NCBI GenBank assembly: GCA_021286735.1
Contig: JAJTBU010000001.1
Span: 1 to 34,466, forward strand
Length of the DNA: 34,466 nucleotides
Reading direction: 5' to 3'
From: a bacterium
GTDB lineage: Bacteria; Spirochaetota; Spirochaetia; Treponematales; Rectinemataceae
Shown: one piece after another, positions 27,111 through 33,325 of the stretch
Layout: each line of letters starts with the position of its first letter
How positions within the stretch are numbered: the stretch's first letter is position 1
Program-made: the position numbers and the translations under genes
The notes under the pieces: model-generated
What the model was told of the DNA's origin: nothing
What the model saw: the letters and a program-made list of their open reading frames with translations, nothing else
Databases searched by the model: none

Positions 27111-27545
27111 ATGAATACCTTGGATTTCTCTCCGGCGGCCCTGGTCGCCGGCCTTCTCTTCCTCTTCGCCGTCGGACTTCTGGCGGGACTCGCCCTGGGT
27201 AGGCGCACCGGCCGCCTCGAAGCGGAGCGCGGGCTTCCCGAGCGGCTCGCGGCGGAGCGCGACGACGCGGTCAAGCGCTCGCGGTCGATCGTCGGCGGCC
27301 AGGTCGCCGAGCAGGTGGCGCCCTACCTTCCGGAATTCCCCTGCGACCCCGGCGACGCCCGCTTCGTCGGCAAGCCCGTGGATTTCGTCTGCTTCAGCGG
27401 CGCCTCGGCGGGCGAGATCGAAGAGATAGTTTTCGTCGAGGTCAAGACCGGCGCCTCCGCTCTCTCGAAAACAGAAAAGAGCCTCCGCGACGCCATCGTT
27501 TCCGGCAGGGTGCGCTGGGTGGAGTACAGGATCCCGCTCGATTGA
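27111..27545 (+). CDS. Membrane-anchored PD-(D/E)xK nuclease related to the archaeal Holliday-junction resolvase Hjc (uncharacterised family)
   Basis: One N-terminal TM helix (AALVAGLLFLFAVGLLAGLALG) and a charged linker. The nuclease core then reads E67...D91 (VDFVCF)...E110-V-K112 (FVEVKTG). Confidence 0.6.
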   Translation: MNTLDFSPAALVAGLLFLFAVGLLAGLALGRRTGRLEAERGLPERLAAERDDAVKRSRSIVGGQVAEQVAPYLPEFPCDPGDARFVGKPVDFVCFSGASAGEIEEIVFVEVKTGASALSKTEKSLRDAIVSGRVRWVEYRIPLD

Positions 27546-27568
27546 GAATGGCGAGGACGGACGAGGAG

Positions 27569-27595
27569 GGCGCCGCCGCCGCAGGCGGCGGCGCC
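27569..27595. terminator. Perfect 12-bp all-GC hairpin (GGCGCCGCCGCC-GCA-GGCGGCGGCGCC) between convergent genes; no U tract
   Basis: Read directly. It lies in the 94-bp gap between the nuclease-like gene stop and the ABC permease stop. Confidence 0.35.
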
Positions 27596-27639
27596 AGCAA
27601 CCGACCGCCGCGCAAGTTGCCGCCTGCTGCCGTCGGTCG

Positions 27640-29322
27640 TCAAGCCTCCATCGTCGCGTAGCGCCTGGCCGCGAAGCGGGGATAGAAGCGGAACCAGGCG
27701 AGGATCGGCGCCATGAAGACGCTCCCGTAGAGCATCGCGTAGCCGTAGCGCGGCAGCTTGAGGAAGAGGCTCGCTGCCACGAGGCCGCCGACCAGGCCCA
27801 TGGTCGAGAGGATGGCGATGACCGCGTTGGGATTCTGCTTCATCGCCGCGATGGGATTGTCCCAGCGGATCCGGGGAAAGGCCGTGTCGAGCCAGAGCCC
27901 GCCCATGTTGAGGGCTGCGGAGATGATGTTCGCGAGGAGCAGGGCAATGACGGCGTCGAGCGCGGCAGTATGGAAGAGCGCGACGCCCGCGCCGCAGCCG
28001 ATCAGGCTTCCGACGACGGCGAACACCTCGGCGTGGAGCAGCTTGGCCGCGAAATACTTGGCCGGCGCTATGGGCAGCGACCTAATCCAGGGCAGGGCCT
28101 TGGCGTCGCGCGACACGGCGGTGCAGGCGATGCTGGTGGACGAGCCGAGAAAGGCCCCGAAGGCCGCCGGAACGAGGTAGCCGCCCGGCCCCTGGAGCAG
28201 GGGGGCTATGGCCGCCGACATCTCCTTGAGCGCCTCTTTTTGGGCGGCGAAGATCACCGCCATCAGCGCGGGCATGAGGATCATCACGAAGGGACCGTTG
28301 AGCAGGTACATCGGCTCGCGGTTCATCAGCCTGATTTCGCGGGCGACGAGGCTTTCAAGCGGGGGGCGCCGCACGAGCATGCCGCGTCCGAAGACGCTTC
28401 GTCCCGCGGCGGCGGGCTTCTTCTTGGCCGCCGAGGTCTCGCTGTAGGCCTGCAGGCTCCGCACGTAGGCCTTGCCGAGCAGCGCCGCGACGCCCGCCGC
28501 GCAGCCGAGGCCGAGGCCGAGGTTGCCCAGGGCTGCGAGGAAGCCGAGGGGCGAAGCCGCGCCATCGAAGGCCTTCCAAGCCAGCCAGGTCGGAAGCCAG
28601 GCCCTGCCCAGCCTGGCCATCATCGATTCGGGGTTGGCGAAGAGGGCCGCCGCCTGCGGGTTCCCGAACTTCGAGGTGATGGACTGGATGTAGAAGTTGA
28701 AGGCCAGCGCGAAGCCCATGCCCAGGAAACCTCCGACGTAGAGAATGAAATTTTTGTTGCGGAAGAGCTTCGAGGCGTTCATCAGCGGCACGATGACCAA
28801 GTACGCCAGGGCCGTGGGCAGGAGGGGAAGGGCGAAGGCCGACAGGAGCCCGTTCAGGTAGAACATCGCGGGCGGGCCTTCCTTGATGCCGTAGATCGCC
28901 ATGGCGATGATGAGGATGAAGACGCCCAGCAGCGCCTCGCTGAAGTACACAAGGACCATCTTGGCCCCGAGCAGCTCGGGCGGCGTGAAGGGCAGAACCA
29001 GGAACCCCGACTCTGCGCCCGAGGACGAGAACATCGAGAGGGCCATCATGAAGGCCATGATGAAGACGAGGACCGAGGCGGTGGTGGCGGCGTTCAGTAG
29101 GAGCATGCCCTGGAGCCCCAGGGGCTTGAGCCCCGCGTACATCGTCAAATTCATCATGACGAAGAGAAAGCCCAGGTCGGCCAGGAGTAGGAGGCCGCCG
29201 ACGCCTATGCCGACCGTCTTCAGGATGGTTTTCGGCTTCCTCATCTCCTCTCGCGTCGGCAGCGAGAAAGCGAAGGTGCTTTTAATGTGGAGGAGCGCCA
29301 GGCTCAGGAACCGCGACTTCAT
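27640..29322 (-). CDS. Large polytopic ABC exporter permease (putative ABC-2 / 'putative ABC exporter' type)
   Basis: A 560-aa highly hydrophobic protein with 12 or more helices by eye. Its ATG overlaps the stop of the upstream ABC ATPase (ATGA). Confidence 0.65.
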   Translation of the reverse strand: MKSRFLSLALLHIKSTFAFSLPTREEMRKPKTILKTVGIGVGGLLLLADLGFLFVMMNLTMYAGLKPLGLQGMLLLNAATTASVLVFIMAFMMALSMFSSSGAESGFLVLPFTPPELLGAKMVLVYFSEALLGVFILIIAMAIYGIKEGPPAMFYLNGLLSAFALPLLPTALAYLVIVPLMNASKLFRNKNFILYVGGFLGMGFALAFNFYIQSITSKFGNPQAAALFANPESMMARLGRAWLPTWLAWKAFDGAASPLGFLAALGNLGLGLGCAAGVAALLGKAYVRSLQAYSETSAAKKKPAAAGRSVFGRGMLVRRPPLESLVAREIRLMNREPMYLLNGPFVMILMPALMAVIFAAQKEALKEMSAAIAPLLQGPGGYLVPAAFGAFLGSSTSIACTAVSRDAKALPWIRSLPIAPAKYFAAKLLHAEVFAVVGSLIGCGAGVALFHTAALDAVIALLLANIISAALNMGGLWLDTAFPRIRWDNPIAAMKQNPNAVIAILSTMGLVGGLVAASLFLKLPRYGYAMLYGSVFMAPILAWFRFYPRFAARRYATMEA

Positions 29323-30140
29323 AGGGCGCCGTCCCCGTTCGAAGAGTCCACCAATTCAAGGAAAAGCCGCTCGAGGCTGTCGTTCGCCGTATCGGCGGTC
29401 GCACCGGCGGCCGCGCTCTCCCGCGCCGCCCCCTCCGGCCCCGCCCCGCCCGCGTCCGCCGCGGCCATCCGCCCGCGCAGCGCGGGGATGGTCCCTTCGA
29501 AGATGATCCTGCCCTTGTTGATGATGGCCAGCTCGTCGCAGACCTTCTCGGCCACTTCCATCACGTGGGTCGAGAAGAAGACGCACTTTCCCGCCTTGGT
29601 CCGCTCGCGCATGATGGCCTTGAGCTCGAAGGCGGCCTGGGGATCGAGCCCCACCATGGGCTCGTCCAGGACCCAGTTGTGCGGATCGTGGATCAGGCTC
29701 GCGATGATGCCGAGCTTCTGCTTCATGCCGCGGCTCAGGCTGCCGATCGGCGAGCCGATGCTGTCGGAGAGGCTGAAGCGCGCCGCGTACTCCTCGACGC
29801 GGGCCCTGCGCTCGGGCGTCGAGACGCCGAAGACGTCGCCCACGAAGTCCAAGTATTCGTAAGCCTTGAGCCTGTTGAAGAGCTCGGGGTTGTCGTGGAC
29901 GAGCCCGATGCGGCGCTTGGCCGCGAGCGGCTTCTCGCGCATCGATATCCCGTCGATGAGGATGGCGCCCCCGCTGGGTTCCAGGGCGCCGCAGAGCATC
30001 CTGATCGTCGTCGTCTTGCCGGCGCCGTTCGGCCCCAGGAAGCCGAAGATCCGGCCGTCGGGAATGGTCAGGGACAGCGAATCGACCGCCTTCCGGTCGC
30101 TCTTCGCGTAGGTCTTGGAAATGCCTGAAAGCTCGATCAC
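29319..30140 (-). CDS. ABC transporter ATP-binding protein (ABC-2 type)
   Basis: Walker A GPNGAGKTT, signature LSRGMKQKLG, Walker B WVLDEP, H-loop STHVM. GTG start at 30140 with a GGGGAGGA SD. There is an Ala/Gly-rich low-complexity insert near the C-terminus. Confidence 0.9.
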   Translation of the reverse strand: MIELSGISKTYAKSDRKAVDSLSLTIPDGRIFGFLGPNGAGKTTTIRMLCGALEPSGGAILIDGISMREKPLAAKRRIGLVHDNPELFNRLKAYEYLDFVGDVFGVSTPERRARVEEYAARFSLSDSIGSPIGSLSRGMKQKLGIIASLIHDPHNWVLDEPMVGLDPQAAFELKAIMRERTKAGKCVFFSTHVMEVAEKVCDELAIINKGRIIFEGTIPALRGRMAAADAGGAGPEGAARESAAAGATADTANDSLERLFLELVDSSNGDGAL

Positions 30141-30259
30141 GGTGCGTCCTCCCCTGGGAATGCTTTATGAGCTTTACGATACCGCCGCGGGGGCCCCTTC
30201 GCCAAGTATTCCGATAAAAAAGTACGCATTCCCACCTTCCGCGATCCGCGAAGCCGGTG

Positions 30260-30265
30260 CATAAT
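30260..30265 (+). promoter_or_regulatory. -10-like CATAAT 8 nt upstream of ATG 30274 (near-leaderless geometry)
   Basis: Reads ...GGTGCATAATGGCTGCCG-ATG. There is no SD. Confidence 0.3.
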
Positions 30266-30273
30266 GGCTGCCG

Positions 30274-31212
30274 ATGGCAACCGTTCCGATTCCCGCGACC
30301 TCGAGCCCCGGCGTCGTGCTCGAAATGCTCTACTCCATGCGCGTCAAGGACGCCATGACGGGCGACGTGGTCACCGCCTCCCCCTCGACGAGCCTCCACG
30401 AGGTGCAGGCTCTCATGCGCGAGCACGCCATCACCGGCGTGCCGATCGTCGACGAGGGGCGCCTCGTGGGCATCGTGGCGATCGGCGACATCATCGAGGC
30501 GCTCGACGCCAGGGCCACGGACGCGCGCGCCATGGAGCGCCCCGCCCGGGAGGCGATGACCTCCTCGGTCGTCACCCTGGACGACGAGATGCCTCTCTCC
30601 CTGGCGGTGACCTATTTCGACCGCTACAAGTTCGGGCGCTTCCCCGTGCTCGACTCCTCGGGGCGGCTGGCGGGCATCATCACCGCCTCGGACATCCTCA
30701 GGCGCCTCCTCATCGCCCTGAACGAGGAGATCGTGCGGATGGAGCAGCGCATGGCGGGCAGGCAGCGCGCCACCGAGGGCCCGGTGCCGGCGGTGGAACT
30801 CAGCTTCGGAACGGCACCCCTGGACTTCTCGCGCGCGGGCAACGTGAGCCAGCGCTTCAAGAAGGCCCTCGTCGAGCGGGGCTGCCCGCCGGCGATCGCG
30901 CGCAGGGTGGCGGTGGCCTCCTACGAGCTCGAGCTCAACCAGGTCATCCACTCCAAGGGCGGCGTGATGATCCTGCGCGTCTTCAACGATACGATCGAGG
31001 TGATAGCCCAGGACGAGGGTCCAGGCATCGCCGACGTGGACCAGGCGATGCAGGAAGGGTTTTCGACGGCGAACGAGTGGGTGCGCTCCCTGGGCTTCGG
31101 CGCCGGGATGGGGCTGCCCAACGTCAAGCGGGTCTCGGACGAGTTCTCCATCCAGTCCGAGCTCGGCAAGGGCACGACGGTGCGGGCCGTGATACGATGG
31201 AGCAAGGAATGA
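30274..31212 (+). CDS. CBS-pair domain fused to a single GHKL (HATPase_c, RsbW/SpoIIAB-like) ATPase/kinase domain
   Basis: Two CBS repeats (VKDAMTGDVV...GVPIVDEGRLVGIV; VVTLDDEM...RFPVLDSSGRLAGII). GHKL motifs: N-box ELELNQVIHS, G1 DEGPGI, G2 GFGAGMGLPN. There is no DHp/His domain. Starts at M18 or M22 are possible alternatives. Confidence 0.75.
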   Translation: MATVPIPATSSPGVVLEMLYSMRVKDAMTGDVVTASPSTSLHEVQALMREHAITGVPIVDEGRLVGIVAIGDIIEALDARATDARAMERPAREAMTSSVVTLDDEMPLSLAVTYFDRYKFGRFPVLDSSGRLAGIITASDILRRLLIALNEEIVRMEQRMAGRQRATEGPVPAVELSFGTAPLDFSRAGNVSQRFKKALVERGCPPAIARRVAVASYELELNQVIHSKGGVMILRVFNDTIEVIAQDEGPGIADVDQAMQEGFSTANEWVRSLGFGAGMGLPNVKRVSDEFSIQSELGKGTTVRAVIRWSKE

Positions 31213-31228
31213 AAGCAAGGAGCGGGGC

Positions 31229-31561
31229 ATGCGCATAAGGGAAATGGCCGGCATCGTGGACGCCGAGATCATCCAGGGCGCCTTCGAGGACGCCGAGCTC
31301 GCGGGCGGCTACACTTCTGATCTCCTCTCGGACGTGATGGCCCACGCCAAGGCGGGAGAGGCGCTGATCACGATCCAGGCGCACAAGAACACCGTCGCCG
31401 TGGCCAGCCTGATCGGCGCGCCCGCTATCGTCGTGTGCAACGGCAGGCCCGTGCCCGAGGACATGGTCGAGGCGGCGCGGGACGAGGGCATCGCCATCGT
31501 CCGCACGGACCTGAGCCAGTACGAAGTGTCGGGCCGCCTCTGGAAAGCCCTGCGCGGCTGA
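31229..31561 (+). CDS. Stand-alone DRTGG-domain protein
   Basis: A 110-aa protein with GGYTSDLLSDVMA and ITIQAHKN...IVVCNG, typical of small DRTGG proteins. An AAGGAG SD lies upstream. Confidence 0.75.
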   Translation: MRIREMAGIVDAEIIQGAFEDAELAGGYTSDLLSDVMAHAKAGEALITIQAHKNTVAVASLIGAPAIVVCNGRPVPEDMVEAARDEGIAIVRTDLSQYEVSGRLWKALRG

Positions 31562-31575
31562 TCGGGGAACCCGCC

Positions 31576-32466
31576 GTGGGAAGCCTGCGGCTGCGAGCCG
31601 ACCTCCACATCCATTCCTGCCTCAGCCCCTGCGCCGACTTGGCCATGTCGCCAGGGCGGATAGCCGCGTCCGCGCGCGTCCGCGGCCTCGACCTCCTGGC
31701 CCTGACCGACCACAACGCCTCCCTCAACTGCCCGGCCTTCGCCATAGCCTGCGTCCGCGAGGGCATTGTCCCGCTCTTCGGCCTGGAGCTCTGCTCGCTG
31801 GAGGAGGTCCACCTTCTGTCCATCTTCGCGACGCCCCGCGAGGCGCTCGAGTTCGGCGCAGCGATGTACGCCCTCCTGCCCGACCTGCCCTGGGACCCCG
31901 CCGCCTTCGGCGACCAGGTCGCGGTCGACGAGGATGAGAACGTGCTCGCCATGCCGGAGCGCTGGCTCGGGGCCGCCCTGGAGGCGCCCTTCGACGACCT
32001 GGCCTCGAGGGCGCGCGCGGCGGGCGCCCTGGTCATCCCGGCACATGTCGACCGCGGCATGTTCTCCGTGTACAGCCAGCTCGGCTTCCTGCCGCCCGGC
32101 CCCTACGACGCGGTGGAGTCCATGTGGCGGCCGGCGCCCAGTCTCACTGGCGGCCTGGCCGCGGTCTCAGGCTCCGACGCCCACTATCCCGAACATGTCG
32201 GCAGGCGGCCCTTTTCGGTAACGGTGGACTCGGGAGCGTTCGAGGCGCTTAAAGGGGCCCTCGCCGCCTATGCGGAGGCTTTCGCCGCGGCTCAGGCGCC
32301 CGGGGAGGGCGCGGGGGGCGGCGATTACGCTGATTTATTGAAGGATGCGCGCCTCGCGCTCTATCCCGAGGCGGAGGCCAGGCGTTTCCTGGAGGCGCTC
32401 AGGGAGGGGCTGCGCGGCAGGGAGGTCGAGCCGACCCATCCCCCGCGGCCCGCGGCGGCGCCTTAG
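31576..32466 (+). CDS. PHP-domain metal-dependent phosphoesterase
   Basis: Motifs DLHIHSCLSPCAD, LTDHN and IPAHVDR. GTG 31576 is the only plausible in-frame start after the DRTGG stop, with GGGGAA upstream. The track ORF start at 31435 lies inside the DRTGG gene and was rejected. Confidence 0.75.
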   Translation: MGSLRLRADLHIHSCLSPCADLAMSPGRIAASARVRGLDLLALTDHNASLNCPAFAIACVREGIVPLFGLELCSLEEVHLLSIFATPREALEFGAAMYALLPDLPWDPAAFGDQVAVDEDENVLAMPERWLGAALEAPFDDLASRARAAGALVIPAHVDRGMFSVYSQLGFLPPGPYDAVESMWRPAPSLTGGLAAVSGSDAHYPEHVGRRPFSVTVDSGAFEALKGALAAYAEAFAAAQAPGEGAGGGDYADLLKDARLALYPEAEARRFLEALREGLRGREVEPTHPPRPAAAP

Positions 32467-32494
32467 CCGCCTGTCTGCCAGCCCTTTGCCGCCC

Positions 32495-33298
32495 TCAGTC
32501 GGCCCAGCGCAGCGAGAAGCGGATCGGCTTTTCGAGCGTGAGCAGGTCGAAGAGGGGGATTTTCGCCTTGAAGACCTGGCCCTGGGCCGTGCCGCCCGAG
32601 GATCCGAGGATCGTTCGCGGCGCGGTGATGATGAATTCCAAGGCGCAGGCGTCAAAGGCCGGCATCGATTTCTTGCCGATGATCACCGTCTCGAGGTTCA
32701 TGCGGTATTCCGCGGCCGTGACCGGATCCTTCTCCAGCGCCGGCGGGCTCAGGCTGTCGATCAGCTTGCCGTCGATGCCGGGAAAGAGCGCGAAGGCCGA
32801 GGCGGCGTTTGCCCTGGTCAGCGAGACGGAGAGTTCTCGCTGCGCGGGCTGGGCGCCCGAGGCGGGGATTTTTTTCAGCGAGACCATGCCCTCGGGGATG
32901 AGGCTCCGGTCGTCCGCGAAAGCCTCAACGTTGGGCACCCAGATCACCGAAGTGAGGGAGTCGGCGCTCGGCGCCGAGACGTCCACCAGGAAGATCGAGC
33001 TTCGGCTCGCGAATTCCTCCTTCAGCCTTGCCGCGTCGAAGAGCGCGGCCTTCGCCGAGATGCCGCCGATCTGGCGCACGCGGGCGCTCAGGAGTTCCGG
33101 CACGTCGAGGCGCAGGGCCATGCGCGCGCTCAGGTCGTTGCGGATCGTCGTCTCCAGGCGCCCGGAGCAGGCGCTCAATGCGAGCGCGCAGAAGGCGCAG
33201 AGTGCCGCCGCCATCGCGCCGCGGGAAGCCTGAGCCGCCTCATGCCGCGACTCGATGCCCCTGTCCCTCTTCTTCGGAAATCCAATCATCGCTTTCAT
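32495..33298 (-). CDS. Predicted lipoprotein, no recognisable domain
   Basis: Lipobox LALSAC after the hydrophobic stretch AAALCAFCALA. Alternative starts are at 33289 and 33214. It lies 27 nt downstream of the cyclase gene on the same strand. Confidence 0.5.
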   Translation of the reverse strand: MKAMIGFPKKRDRGIESRHEAAQASRGAMAAALCAFCALALSACSGRLETTIRNDLSARMALRLDVPELLSARVRQIGGISAKAALFDAARLKEEFASRSSIFLVDVSAPSADSLTSVIWVPNVEAFADDRSLIPEGMVSLKKIPASGAQPAQRELSVSLTRANAASAFALFPGIDGKLIDSLSPPALEKDPVTAAEYRMNLETVIIGKKSMPAFDACALEFIITAPRTILGSSGGTAQGQVFKAKIPLFDLLTLEKPIRFSLRWAD

Positions 33299-33325
33299 CC
33301 TTGCTGTCTCGCGTCGGTCGACACT

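Noticed and set aside
29356-31272. A 638-aa minus-strand ORF spanning the ABC ATPase (off-frame) and the CBS-GHKL gene (antisense).
   Set aside because: It is Arg/Gly/His-rich with no motifs. It also crosses a divergent promoter region, which a real gene would not do.
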